Positions 1 through 8,984 of a stretch of DNA of 64,000 nt are shown here, piece by piece. This stretch comes from a virus, in IMG/VR virus record IMGVR_UViG_3300032246_000761, positions 5,099 to 69,098 of that record; one strand, 5' to 3'. The stretch's first letter is position 1, and each line of letters begins with the position of its first letter. The notes under the pieces are model-generated. The model saw only the letters and a list, made by a program, of their open reading frames with translations. It searched no databases and had not been told where the DNA came from. The position numbers and the translations under genes were made by a program.

Positions 1-304
1 AGACGGTATTCCTAATATATTAAGTCCGGATGATATCTTTTTAACAGGTGAGAAACAAAGACCTATTAATAAGAAAAGGCTTGAAGAATGGGCCAACGTT
101 AGTAATATACCGCTTGGCAGTGAAACCAGTAAATATTATGAAAGAAATAAGAGATTAATAGACCTTTCTTGTATACCACAAGAACTAGAAGAAACTATTA
201 TAAATAAGTATAAGAACTATAAAGTACCTAGTAGATCAAAATTGCTACCGTATTTTATAGAACATAAACTAAAATCGTTAATGAGTAACATTGGTGATTT
301 TTAA
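1..304 (+). CDS. rnh: RNase H / 5'-3' exonuclease (T4 rnh-like), C-terminal part, truncated by the window start
   Basis: Frame from nt 2 reads DGIPNILSPDD...YERNKRLIDLSCIP...LLPYFIEHKLKSLMSNIGDF*. The DGIPN H3TH motif and the RN-x-x-LIDL tail are typical of T4-like RNase H. Confidence 0.85.
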   Translation, partial: DGIPNILSPDDIFLTGEKQRPINKKRLEEWANVSNIPLGSETSKYYERNKRLIDLSCIPQELEETIINKYKNYKVPSRSKLLPYFIEHKLKSLMSNIGDF

Positions 305-329
305 TATTCGAATATTGGAGTAAATAATT

Positions 330-845
330 ATGGCAGAAATAGAACAAGCTAGACATTCTAGCTTAATGAGTAAAAAAGGAATGGCAGCAACGGCTCGTAC
401 GGCCACAAATGCTAGACCATTAGCACACGAAATATTTACACAAGTAAATAACGCAAAAGATAAACCTTTAAAAATTGAAGTATTAAGAAAACACGATAGT
501 CAAGGTTTAAGACAATTATTAAAAGCTGCTTTTGATCCTAAGATAACTTGGGATATACCAGAAGGAACACCTCCTTACATAGCTAATGAGGCACCAGCTG
601 GAACAGATCATACATCTTTATTAGATGAAGTAAGAAAACTTTATCTTTTTATTAAAGGCGGTAGTAACATAGCAAAAGTAAAAAAAGAAACACTTTTTAT
701 ACAAATGTTAGAAGCTTTACATAAAGATGATGCTCAAGCACTTTTAGACATCAAAGACAAAAAATTAAATCTAGTTTATAAAGGACTTACTGAAAACGCA
801 GTAAAAGAAGCCTTTAACTGGAATGACGATTTTTTACGTAAATAA
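330..845 (+). CDS. Conserved T4-like phage hypothetical protein
   Basis: 171-aa ORF with GGAG RBS. The AAFDPKITWDIPEGTPPY and ETLFIQMLEALH segments resemble a conserved aquatic T4-like family that follows rnh. Confidence 0.7.
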   Translation: MAEIEQARHSSLMSKKGMAATARTATNARPLAHEIFTQVNNAKDKPLKIEVLRKHDSQGLRQLLKAAFDPKITWDIPEGTPPYIANEAPAGTDHTSLLDEVRKLYLFIKGGSNIAKVKKETLFIQMLEALHKDDAQALLDIKDKKLNLVYKGLTENAVKEAFNWNDDFLRK

Positions 846-854
846 TCAATAATT

Positions 855-961
855 GGGTGTTGTACATCTGCAACACCCTTTTAAGTAATTGATTTTAATA
901 TCATATTTCTTCACAAACAACCAAAATAACGCTTGTATTAAACAAGGTTAAATGTTATTAT
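855..961 (+). promoter_or_regulatory. Inverted repeat/terminator, IHF-like site and sigma70-type early promoter
   Basis: GGGTGTTGTA-catc-TGCAACACCC followed by TTTT (855-882); WATCAA-N4-TTR on the minus strand at ~882-894; TTGTAT-N17-TATTAT with an extended TG (933-961). Confidence 0.55.
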
Positions 962-991
962 ATACCATATAAACAACAAAGAATAAATATA

Positions 992-1330
992 ATGAGAAAA
1001 TACTTGATACTTTTATTAGCACTAGGTTTACTAGTGTATGGCCTTTTAACTGTTTTTATGAACTCGGTCAAGGCTGATGAATATAATACTGCTGTTATAG
1101 GCCATGTTATTACACAAAAGGTATCTGGCCAACCAGTTGATGCTTCTAAATTGATGGAACAAGAAATGGCACGAGCCGCTCACTTGTTTGCTCTTGATAG
1201 TATAAACATATTACAAAAGTATTTGCCTACCATACTAGATAAGATGTCGGCAGATTTAAGAGCTGAAGTGGATAAACAATATAAATGTAGCCTGTTAAAA
1301 AATACAAAAATACAGGACGATTGTAAATAG
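992..1330 (+). CDS. Hypothetical exported/membrane protein
   Basis: 112-aa ORF with an N-terminal hydrophobic signal ending in VKA. Confidence 0.6.
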   Translation: MRKYLILLLALGLLVYGLLTVFMNSVKADEYNTAVIGHVITQKVSGQPVDASKLMEQEMARAAHLFALDSINILQKYLPTILDKMSADLRAEVDKQYKCSLLKNTKIQDDCK

Positions 1331-1333
1331 TAT

Positions 1334-1747
1334 ATGATAAAGGTAACAAAACAAAAAGTTTTATCTATCAAAAAGAAACTCAAGCCATTTCTATCTTCAA
1401 AAGAGAAATATCAAACCACATATAAAGATATTAAAAAGTATTTTAAAATTTTAAATGAAGGCCTATTTGATGATAAATTGGCACCATTTAATGATATAGA
1501 AATTAAAAAACTTGCTAGACAAAAATGTATGGGTCAGGTTGTTACTTACGAAATGAAAAGAAAAGGCACTCGACTACATAAATTAGAAATGGACATACAT
1601 TATGACAATAAAAAAGATTTCTTGGACACTTTGGCCCATGAAATGGTACATCTATATCAATTTACACATGTAAATGATACAGGCAACCACAATAAACTAT
1701 TTTATAGTTTTGAAACCAAATTTAAATACGTTGGTTTAAAATTATAA
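1334..1747 (+). CDS. SprT-like zinc metalloprotease
   Basis: TLAHEMVHLYQ (HExxH) followed by NHNKLF. Confidence 0.8.
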   Translation: MIKVTKQKVLSIKKKLKPFLSSKEKYQTTYKDIKKYFKILNEGLFDDKLAPFNDIEIKKLARQKCMGQVVTYEMKRKGTRLHKLEMDIHYDNKKDFLDTLAHEMVHLYQFTHVNDTGNHNKLFYSFETKFKYVGLKL

Positions 1748-1764
1748 ACAACTAAGGATATATA

Positions 1765-2094
1765 ATGACACAGGTGATGATAAAAAAGTTTAAAGACCCC
1801 TACATAAAGCCTTTAATACTTGAAGCAGTAAATAAAGTAGAAGATTTTGCCAAGAATAAACGAAAAGGTGAACAAATTGTTTATTATGAAGGCAATTTCC
1901 AAGAAGATGTTTTAAATAATTTTTCATTAAAACAATCAGAAGAAATTTTTGAAAATATGAAAAGATTTTTAAATGATTACAGATTAATCTTTTTACAAAA
2001 AAAAGTTAAAGTATCAGAAGTAAATAATGAAATGAGTGAATTAAATGAACCAAAACATTTTTACTCATATATTGTAAGTAAACGAGTATTCTAA
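1765..2094 (+). CDS. Hypothetical protein
   Basis: 109-aa ORF with an AAGGA RBS, in the operon. Confidence 0.6.
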   Translation: MTQVMIKKFKDPYIKPLILEAVNKVEDFAKNKRKGEQIVYYEGNFQEDVLNNFSLKQSEEIFENMKRFLNDYRLIFLQKKVKVSEVNNEMSELNEPKHFYSYIVSKRVF

Positions 2095-2106
2095 TTATAT
2101 AATTAT

Positions 2107-2805
2107 ATGAAAAGACCTTGGTATTGGTATATCAGATATAAATTGCCACGTAGAATGAAATATCATTTTAGGCAAGCAATGGCTATTATGGGTATTACAT
2201 TAATTGGTTTTGGTATAGGTACGTTTTATCCTAACTTTATATCTCAACATAACGTTGAAGAAAAAGCCATAGATAAAACTATGAAATGGGCCAAAGAAAT
2301 TGGTTTTATGGAACCTAAGATTGAAACTCATAATGACGAAGTTTTTATTAAAGGTATGAAAAGATGTATAGCCTATTTGAATTTGGAATTACATAAACAT
2401 GAACAAATACCTGATGAACTTATTATTGCTCAAGCCATAATTGAAAGTAACGCAGGAACAAGTAGATTTGCCAGAGAAGGAAATAATCTGTTTGGAATTA
2501 GGATTTGGAATAGAGATAGAGGTATGTTACCACAAGGATATGGTGAAAACCTATCTTGGAGAGTGAAATCTTATCACAGTAAGTGTGCTTCCGTTAGGGA
2601 TTATATTACAATCTTAAATACCAAAGAAGCGTATTCTAAATTTAGAGAAATAAGATCGCACCAAAATAGATGGTGGGGCAGTGTTGATTCTATAGCATTA
2701 GCAAAAGGTCTTGATAACTGGAGTACTACAAAAGACTATAATCAACAAGTTATAAATATAATTAAAAAAATTAGAGAAGAAGGAAAGGTAGTTATAAAAA
2801 GATGA
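2107..2805 (+). CDS. Membrane-anchored GH73 glucosaminidase (Bax/FlgJ-like peptidoglycan hydrolase)
   Basis: IIAQAIIESNAGTSRFAREGNNLFGIR motif, WSTTKDY tail, N-terminal TM helix. Confidence 0.85.
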   Translation: MKRPWYWYIRYKLPRRMKYHFRQAMAIMGITLIGFGIGTFYPNFISQHNVEEKAIDKTMKWAKEIGFMEPKIETHNDEVFIKGMKRCIAYLNLELHKHEQIPDELIIAQAIIESNAGTSRFAREGNNLFGIRIWNRDRGMLPQGYGENLSWRVKSYHSKCASVRDYITILNTKEAYSKFREIRSHQNRWWGSVDSIALAKGLDNWSTTKDYNQQVINIIKKIREEGKVVIKR

Positions 2806-3071
2806 ACGAACTTTTATTTTTCGGAGGTTTTTCTATAGTTGTGGGATTAAGCTATTATCTCGGTCATAAAGATGGTATAAAAATAAACATGAAAATGGAA
2901 GTTAGACAATTTATTCACGATATGACGGTATCTAAAATGGCACATGATCATTTTATGAAAAAAGCACAACTTGATACAATACATTTTTTAAAATTTTTAG
3001 GTGTTAAGAATCCAAAAAATATAAAAATACCTAAAATTATAAAACCTGAGGATTTTGATAAACAAAATTAA
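2802..3071 (+). CDS. Hypothetical membrane protein
   Basis: 89-aa ORF overlapping the previous stop; N-terminal TM segment. Confidence 0.55.
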   Translation: MNELLFFGGFSIVVGLSYYLGHKDGIKINMKMEVRQFIHDMTVSKMAHDHFMKKAQLDTIHFLKFLGVKNPKNIKIPKIIKPEDFDKQN

Positions 3072-3076
3072 TTGAT

Positions 3077-4108
3077 ATGTCTTTAACTATATTATTATTT
3101 CTATCAGGTATTGCTGTATCTATTATTGGTGCCGCCTATTCTATTATGGGGTTAGCGTCATTGTTTGCTGGTGCCTATTGGGCAGTGGTGTCAATGGGTA
3201 TAACATTAGAGATAGCAAAACTTGTAACAGTATCATGGTTGTATAGAAATTGGGAATCTAAGTTATTACCAAACTCTATAAGATATTATTTAACATCTGC
3301 TGTATTAATGTTAATGTTTATAACATCAGTAGGCATATTTGGGTTTTTATCTAAAGCTCATTTAGATCAGTCCACACCAAACACTGGTAACAGATTATTA
3401 GTTAAAAACGTTGAGAGACAAATAGATAGTGAAAAGAAATCAATAGAAGGCGCTCAAAAGATTATAAATCAATTAGACACCGCATTAGATAAAGTAATTG
3501 ATAGAGACGCAGATAAAGGTCTTTCAGAAAGACAAAAACAACAGAATGAACGAAATAGAGCTAATAACATTATATCAAACTCATCTAAAAAGATTACAGA
3601 CCTATCGAATCAAAAACTTAAACTAGATAAAGACCAATTAGCAATAGATAAAGATATAGGGCCATTTAAATACGTTGCTGAATTAATATATGGCGATAGT
3701 ATGGATGGTAACTTAGATAGAGCCGTTAGATTTGTTATAGTGTGTTTAATACTTGTATTTGATCCATTGGCGGTATTGATGTTAGTGGCATTTAACGTGT
3801 CATTAAAAGAAAAAGAATTAAATAATAAAGCATATAAAATAACATATCCTGAAGAATCCTTTGTTAAACAAAGCGATGATAAATCTAAAGACAATTCTAA
3901 TATTCAAAATATAATACTACAACAAGTAAAAGAAAAATTATCAGACAAAAATAAATCTACAAAAGAAAGAGAAAGAGATTATGAGAAATTTGTCCAAGAA
4001 TTGGGTGCTAAAGAATTAAATGGTTTAAGTCCAGATGAAATTAAAATAAAACTTAATCAAATTATGGATTGGAACGAAAAGAAAGGAAAAAGTGAAAAAG
4101 ATAATTAA
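3077..4108 (+). CDS. Multi-TM coiled-coil protein conserved in large phages
   Basis: Three N-terminal TM helices (LEIAKLV, TSVGIFGFLSKAH), a coiled coil, then IGPFKYVAE and VFDPLAVLM. Confidence 0.7.
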   Translation: MSLTILLFLSGIAVSIIGAAYSIMGLASLFAGAYWAVVSMGITLEIAKLVTVSWLYRNWESKLLPNSIRYYLTSAVLMLMFITSVGIFGFLSKAHLDQSTPNTGNRLLVKNVERQIDSEKKSIEGAQKIINQLDTALDKVIDRDADKGLSERQKQQNERNRANNIISNSSKKITDLSNQKLKLDKDQLAIDKDIGPFKYVAELIYGDSMDGNLDRAVRFVIVCLILVFDPLAVLMLVAFNVSLKEKELNNKAYKITYPEESFVKQSDDKSKDNSNIQNIILQQVKEKLSDKNKSTKERERDYEKFVQELGAKELNGLSPDEIKIKLNQIMDWNEKKGKSEKDN

Positions 4109-4232
4109 CATATTAATACTTTTTAGTGTGATTTCTTGTACCACAACAAATACAACAAATCAAACTGAATCTAAAACTGATTTTAATAAAATTATTGATG
4201 GTTTTAAAACAATAATTTTACCAAAATAGATA

Positions 4233-4261
4233 TTGACATAACGTTAATTGAATGATATGAT
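4233..4261 (+). promoter_or_regulatory. sigma70-type early promoter
   Basis: TTGACA-N17-TATGAT with an extended TG. Confidence 0.65.
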
Positions 4262-4269
4262 GAAAGTAT

Positions 4270-4419
4270 ATGAAATTAAACCTTACAAGTAAATTACAAC
4301 AAAAACTTATAGATAACGCATTTAGAGCTTGTAAAAAAGCAGAATCTAAATGGGCACAAAAATTTTGGTTTGGTGTATGGAAAAAATTATGTCAAAAATA
4401 TAAAAAAGGTATACATTAA
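4270..4419 (+). CDS. Small basic hypothetical protein (49 aa, not in ORF track)
   Basis: MKLNLTSKLQQKLIDNAFRACKKAESKWAQKFWFGVWKKLCQKYKKGIH*; directly after a promoter and coupled to the next ORF by TAATG. Confidence 0.55.
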   Translation: MKLNLTSKLQQKLIDNAFRACKKAESKWAQKFWFGVWKKLCQKYKKGIH

Positions 4420-4538
4420 TGATTGATTATATATTGAGTATAATTGAAAATATAGGTTTAAAACTTCAAAATTGGGCTTGGCAAAAAAGATGGGGTAAAG
4501 CCAAAGGTCATGGAAGAATACATTATAAAATCAAATGA
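4419..4538 (+). CDS. Small hypothetical protein (39 aa, not in ORF track)
   Basis: MIDYILSIIENIGLKLQNWAWQKRWGKAKGHGRIHYKIK*; TAATG and ATGA overlaps at either end. Confidence 0.5.
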   Translation: MIDYILSIIENIGLKLQNWAWQKRWGKAKGHGRIHYKIK

Positions 4539-5104
4539 ATATATTTTATTTACATAAAGATCCTATCATAGCAGCAGAAATGTCTTGCGATAAACATGTT
4601 TGTAAAATGATTATTGAATCAGCTCAAATGCTATCGACAGCACACAGAGTATTAGATGGTACAGAATTTACCGATAAGACAGCTAATGGTCGTAATATAA
4701 AAAGATGGAAACATCCTGATATCGAATTAGACAAAATATTATACAAAGCAAGTCATATTAAACACCCAAGTACACAATGGGTAATGTATAATTTACAGAA
4801 TTATGTATGGTTGTATAGACACATGATGGCATTACACTCACAATTTAAATTGAGATATAATAAATCTGAAGATCACATGACTATACAAAAACTAGGTACA
4901 ATATTAAAAGATGCTCCTAAAAGATTGCCTGTAAGAGATTCAAAAGAACCTACACCAGCAATGCCAGATGAATGTAAAGTACCAGGAGATTCAGTAGCTA
5001 GTTATAGAAAATACTATATAATGAAGAAAAAAGATTTTGCTACTTGGAAATATCCAGCAGTAATGCCAAACTGGTACAAAAAAGGTATTGAAAATGCCAT
5101 CTAA
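4535..5104 (+). CDS. Pyrimidine-dimer DNA glycosylase (endonuclease V/DenV family)
   Basis: MNIFYLHKDP...DKHVCKMIIESAQMLSTAH, HPSTQW and PAMPDECK...SYRKYY family motifs. Confidence 0.75.
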   Translation: MNIFYLHKDPIIAAEMSCDKHVCKMIIESAQMLSTAHRVLDGTEFTDKTANGRNIKRWKHPDIELDKILYKASHIKHPSTQWVMYNLQNYVWLYRHMMALHSQFKLRYNKSEDHMTIQKLGTILKDAPKRLPVRDSKEPTPAMPDECKVPGDSVASYRKYYIMKKKDFATWKYPAVMPNWYKKGIENAI

Positions 5105-5348
5105 AGACGATAAAGAATTAAAAGAAGTTTATAATATTGTATTTCAGGAAGTTGCTCGTTTAATACTAGTTGATAAAAAACAAGTACAAATAGTTGCCGC
5201 AACATTGTTGGCACAAGCATTAAGATTATATAAATCTTCTTTAAATAATGATGATTTTGTTAGAATGATGAAATCAATACCAGAATCTATAGATACTATA
5301 AGACCTTATGATGAACTAGAACCTAAGAACAAACAGACAATAAACTAA
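5088..5348 (+). CDS. Hypothetical protein
   Basis: ORF overlapping its neighbours in the operon. Confidence 0.55.
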   Translation: MKMPSKDDKELKEVYNIVFQEVARLILVDKKQVQIVAATLLAQALRLYKSSLNNDDFVRMMKSIPESIDTIRPYDELEPKNKQTIN

Positions 5349-5554
5349 TGAAAATAACAAGAAAAAGAACCTTTGTTAAGGCATTAATATATAGAATATG
5401 GATATTTACAATAACATATCTATTATTATTATTAACAGGACAATCTTGGCATGATGCTATACTACCTACAATAGGTTTTAATTTTATATTAACTTTTACC
5501 TATTATAGTTATGACAGATTGTGGCAACGTATAAAATGGGGTATAGAAAAATGA
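5348..5554 (+). CDS. DUF2061-like small membrane protein
   Basis: KRTFVKALIYRI...YYSYDRLWQRIKWG pattern with two TM helices. Confidence 0.7.
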   Translation: MKITRKRTFVKALIYRIWIFTITYLLLLLTGQSWHDAILPTIGFNFILTFTYYSYDRLWQRIKWGIEK

Positions 5555-5958
5555 AAAAAATATTTTTTAAATTTTTATTATTAACATTAATAACAAATTC
5601 AGCACATTCTAATAGTAACACAGCTACAATGACTGTAACTGTTAGAGTAATTGAAAATTATGAAAAAGGTAAAATTATAAATGCCAATTATTTAATAAAT
5701 GAAAATAAAATTGATTTACCAAATAATCAACCTATAATTTTATCTTTTGAAAAAGACAAGACAACAACTACACACATAATTCGTGAAATTAATTTTGACC
5801 GTTATTACTGTACTCAAAAATTTAGTGATGGCAGTTATATTGATGAACTTAAAAACTCATATTTGATGGATAAACAAACCAATAAACTAGCCGTAAATCA
5901 TTTAAATCAAGATACTGGTAAAGTTATCTTTTGTCCAAAGATAAATATTAAGAAATAA
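5551..5958 (+). CDS. Hypothetical secreted protein (likely start 5551)
   Basis: MKKIFFKFLLLTLITNSAHS signal peptide; ATGA overlap with the upstream stop. Confidence 0.55.
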   Translation: MKKIFFKFLLLTLITNSAHSNSNTATMTVTVRVIENYEKGKIINANYLINENKIDLPNNQPIILSFEKDKTTTTHIIREINFDRYYCTQKFSDGSYIDELKNSYLMDKQTNKLAVNHLNQDTGKVIFCPKINIKK

Positions 5959-5959
5959 T

Positions 5960-6271
5960 ATGCCAATATATAGTTTTGAAAACATTAAAACAGGTAAAGA
6001 ATTTACAGAACATTTAACTATGGCTGAATTAGATGCCTATTTAAAAAAGAATAAAAATATTAGACAAGTATTCACATCTCTAAATATAGTAGGTGGCGTG
6101 TCAGGATTAACACATAAACAAGATGGTGGTTGGAAAGATAATCTACAAAGAATAGCAGAGGCACATCCAGGTTCACCATTAGCTGATAGATATAAAAAGA
6201 AATCTATTAAAGAAATTAGAACAAAAGAAGTAATAAACAAACATAGGAAACGAAATGCCAGCAAACGATAA
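5960..6271 (+). CDS. FmdB-like small regulatory protein (zinc-ribbon Cys absent)
   Basis: MPIYSFENIKTGKEF start and GWKDNLQRIAEAHPGS, typical of T4-like phage members. Confidence 0.65.
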   Translation: MPIYSFENIKTGKEFTEHLTMAELDAYLKKNKNIRQVFTSLNIVGGVSGLTHKQDGGWKDNLQRIAEAHPGSPLADRYKKKSIKEIRTKEVINKHRKRNASKR

Positions 6272-6653
6272 TATACCAGATTATATGAGAGGGTTTGACC
6301 TCAATGATGATTGGGGAATTACTCCTGTTAATACAGCGCCAACTCAATCACAACCTGTTATCGATAATAGTTTAATAGAATCAAGTAATATAGAAATTTC
6401 AAAAATTAAATCAGATGTATCTTCTATCAAAGCAATGATGAACGAAATAATGGATATAGTAAATGAAAAAGATACAGCAACAAAAGAAGTTACAGATGCC
6501 TCAATTTTACAAAGATTTAAAGATATTGAAAAAGTTATATTACCATTTTTATATAACTTAACTAAGAGTGATGAACCATATATACATTGGCCTAATAGAT
6601 CACCTATTATTAAAGCCCAAATAGAAAAAATATTAAAACTAACAAGAGGTTAA
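6255..6653 (+). CDS. Conserved phage hypothetical protein
   Basis: 132-aa ORF with an ILPFLYNL...YIHWPNR motif. Confidence 0.65.
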   Translation: MPANDNIPDYMRGFDLNDDWGITPVNTAPTQSQPVIDNSLIESSNIEISKIKSDVSSIKAMMNEIMDIVNEKDTATKEVTDASILQRFKDIEKVILPFLYNLTKSDEPYIHWPNRSPIIKAQIEKILKLTRG

Positions 6654-6656
6654 TAA

Positions 6657-7097
6657 ATGAACATAGCACAATTAAGAGAACAATTAAAGATTGATGAAGG
6701 CGTTAAATATGAAATTTATAAAGACCATTTGGGTTATGATACATTTGGTATTGGCCATTTAGTAGTTAAAGAAGATTCTGAATTTGGTAAACCAGTCGGA
6801 ACAAAAGTTAGTGAAGATAGAGTAAACGAAGTATTTGAAAAAGATGTACAGAAGATGATCAAAGAAGCAAAGATATTATTTCCAAATTTTGATAGTTTAC
6901 CAGAAGAAGTACAACAAGTTATAGTTAATATGACCTTTAATATGGGTAGACCAAGATTATCTAATTTTAAGAAATTTATATCATATATTAATGAAAGCAA
7001 GTGGGAAGAAGCATCAAAAGAGATGTTAAATAGTGCTTGGGCTAAACAAGTTGGTAAAAGAGCACAAAGATTGAGTGATAGGATTAAAGTTATATAA
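6657..7097 (+). CDS. T4-type lysozyme (GH24 endolysin)
   Basis: LKIDEG...YKDHLGYDTFGIGHL catalytic E/D/T region, NMTFNMG, and SAWAKQVGKRA. Confidence 0.9.
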   Translation: MNIAQLREQLKIDEGVKYEIYKDHLGYDTFGIGHLVVKEDSEFGKPVGTKVSEDRVNEVFEKDVQKMIKEAKILFPNFDSLPEEVQQVIVNMTFNMGRPRLSNFKKFISYINESKWEEASKEMLNSAWAKQVGKRAQRLSDRIKVI

Positions 7098-7102
7098 TAG
7101 GC

Positions 7103-7131
7103 TTGACAAACAACCTACATTATGATACATT
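7103..7131 (+). promoter_or_regulatory. sigma70-type promoter upstream of the peroxiredoxin
   Basis: TTGACA-N17-TACATT with an extended TG. Confidence 0.55.
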
Positions 7132-7140
7132 GGATATATT

Positions 7141-7785
7141 ATGGTTAAAATAAATGATACAGCACCAAATTTTGTAGCCCACACATCACAAGGATTGGTA
7201 GATTTTTATAGTTATATAGATAATAGTTGGGCAATATTATTCTCGCATCCAAAAGCATTTACGCCTGTTTGTACTACTGAATTAGGCACATTACAGAAAT
7301 TACTTCCAGCATTTAAAGACAGAAATGTAAAAGTAATAGGTTTATCAGTTGACAGTCCAGATAATCATAACGTTTGGTTAAATGATATAAAAGAAACACA
7401 AGGGTATTTACCTGAATATCCTTTAATTACAGATACAGATAAAATAATATCTAAATTATATGATATGATACATGAGAATGCTAGTGATACAATGACAGTA
7501 AGAACAGTATTCATTATTGGTCCAGATAAAAAGATTAAACTTAAAATGGATTACCCTGCTAGTGCTGGTAGAAATTTTGACGAGATATTGAGAGTAGTTG
7601 ATTCATTACAATTAACTGCTAATTACAAAGTAGCAACACCAGCAAATTGGGTACAAGGTGAAGATGTTATTATTAGTGCGGCTATTAATGATGAAGAAGC
7701 AAAGAAATTATTTCCTCAAGGCTGGACAACACATAAACCATATTTAAGAACACTAAAAGATCCTACACAAGAAACTAATGCCTAA
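7141..7785 (+). CDS. 1-Cys peroxiredoxin (Prx6 family)
   Basis: FSHPKAFTPVCTTE, YPASAGRNFDEILRVVDSLQLT and VATPANW motifs. Confidence 0.95.
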   Translation: MVKINDTAPNFVAHTSQGLVDFYSYIDNSWAILFSHPKAFTPVCTTELGTLQKLLPAFKDRNVKVIGLSVDSPDNHNVWLNDIKETQGYLPEYPLITDTDKIISKLYDMIHENASDTMTVRTVFIIGPDKKIKLKMDYPASAGRNFDEILRVVDSLQLTANYKVATPANWVQGEDVIISAAINDEEAKKLFPQGWTTHKPYLRTLKDPTQETNA

Positions 7786-8473
7786 AGAATTTAAATTTTT
7801 AAAAGTTGACGCTAGTGTTTTACCTAATACAAAAGGTAAAAATATAGATGGTATAAGATTTTACGAGATAGATGGTAAGTCATATCCATCAGTTACTTCA
7901 GTATTATCTTTACTTAAAAAAGATTCATTACAAGAGTGGAGAAACAAAGTTGGTGAATCAGTTGCCAATTGGGAAATGGGTAGAGCTGCTAGACGTGGTA
8001 AAGCAATGCACACTTTAGTTGAACAATATTTACAAAATCAAACACCATCAGTTAGAGATGTATTACCATTAGGTTTATTTAAACTGATTAGACCTTATGT
8101 AGATCAAATCGATAACATAAAAATGTTAGAGACTATTATGTACAGTAAAAAATTAACACTTGCTGGACAGGTAGATTGTATTGCTGAATATAATGGTAAA
8201 TTATCAGTAATAGATTTCAAATCTGCCAATAAACAAAGAGAAGAAGGTTGGATTGAAAATTACTTCTTACAAACAACAGCCTATTCTATGATGTATGAAG
8301 AATTATATGGAGAAAAAGTAGAACAGCTGGTTATTATATTAGCTTGTGAAGATGGTGTTGCTCAGACATTTATTAAAAATAGAGCAGATTACGAAAAGAA
8401 ATTAATAGAGTCAGTTGACAATTTCTATAAATATTTCAACGATAAACAGAATTTGACGTTGAAGAATAGTTAA
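7778..8473 (+). CDS. PD-(D/E)XK exonuclease
   Basis: YPSVTSVL, RGKAMH, AGQVDCI, IDFKSA and YFLQTTAYSMM motifs. Confidence 0.85.
   Translation: MPKEFKFLKVDASVLPNTKGKNIDGIRFYEIDGKSYPSVTSVLSLLKKDSLQEWRNKVGESVANWEMGRAARRGKAMHTLVEQYLQNQTPSVRDVLPLGLFKLIRPYVDQIDNIKMLETIMYSKKLTLAGQVDCIAEYNGKLSVIDFKSANKQREEGWIENYFLQTTAYSMMYEELYGEKVEQLVIILACEDGVAQTFIKNRADYEKKLIESVDNFYKYFNDKQNLTLKNS
8426..8433 (+). promoter_or_regulatory. T4-type late promoter upstream of the tmRNA
   Basis: TATAAATA about 45 nt before the tmRNA acceptor piece. Confidence 0.5.
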
Positions 8474-8476
8474 TAA

Positions 8477-8688
8477 TTAGTTAGGACCAGGGGGCGGTAC
8501 CCTGCCACTCCACCATTTATAGAATGAAATATAGGGGGTGGAAATAGAATCGACTACTAAGTAAACCTATTTGGAGTTAAATCGCTGATAGCGTACTATC
8601 AAATCATAGATGCTAACGAAAGTTACGCTCTTGCTGCCTAGTAATAGGTAACGGCGTTGGCCTACACGTGGCAACAGAAGTAGGCCGC
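8477..8688 (+). ncRNA. ssrA: Two-piece (circularly permuted) tmRNA, tag (A)ANESYALAA
   Basis: T-arm CAGGG-GGCGGTA-CCCTG (8488-8504) and CCACTCC-A-CCA (8505-8515) lie upstream of the 5' strand GGGGTGG (8535-8541). They form a 7-bp acceptor stem with a G3:U70 pair. Tag ORF gct aac gaa agt tac gct ctt gct gcc tag at 8612-8641. Ends are approximate. Confidence 0.92.
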
Positions 8689-8717
8689 TTGACAAATCAA
8701 TCAAATTAGTATATAAT
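8689..8717 (+). promoter_or_regulatory. sigma70 consensus promoter
   Basis: Perfect TTGACA-N17-TATAAT. Confidence 0.8.
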
Positions 8718-8748
8718 ATAATATACATTAACTAGAAAAGGAATAAAC

Positions 8749-8898
8749 ATGTTTACATATAGAAATATAGCAATTGCTGTAGTAGTATTATTTGTTTTAG
8801 TAGTAGGATTTTATACATTAGTAAAACCTTCTAAAAAGATAGATGTAACACCAGCAAAACCTGCTGTTACGCAGCCAGTTTCACCAGTAAAAAAGTAA
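8749..8898 (+). CDS. Small single-TM protein (49 aa, not in ORF track)
   Basis: AAGGA RBS; MFTYRNIAIAVVVLFVLVVGFYTLVKPSKK...PVKK*. Confidence 0.65.
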   Translation: MFTYRNIAIAVVVLFVLVVGFYTLVKPSKKIDVTPAKPAVTQPVSPVKK

Positions 8899-8984
8899 TT
8901 AAAGAATTTATATAGACTAGATACAATAGGGTGTTTAGTCTTATAAATAGAAGTGCTATTAACACACACACAAAGGAGAAAACA

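Noticed and set aside
7778-8473. Cas4 / CRISPR adaptation gene
   Set aside because: It lacks the four-Cys Fe-S motif and no array is present; it is an ordinary T4-like exonuclease.
8484-8545. tRNA-Ala gene
   Set aside because: There is no anticodon arm, the acceptor halves are in permuted order, and a tag ORF follows, so this is tmRNA.
8931-8984. GTG start for the 130-aa ORF
   Set aside because: The extension contains the late promoter and RBS; ATG at 8985 is the better start.
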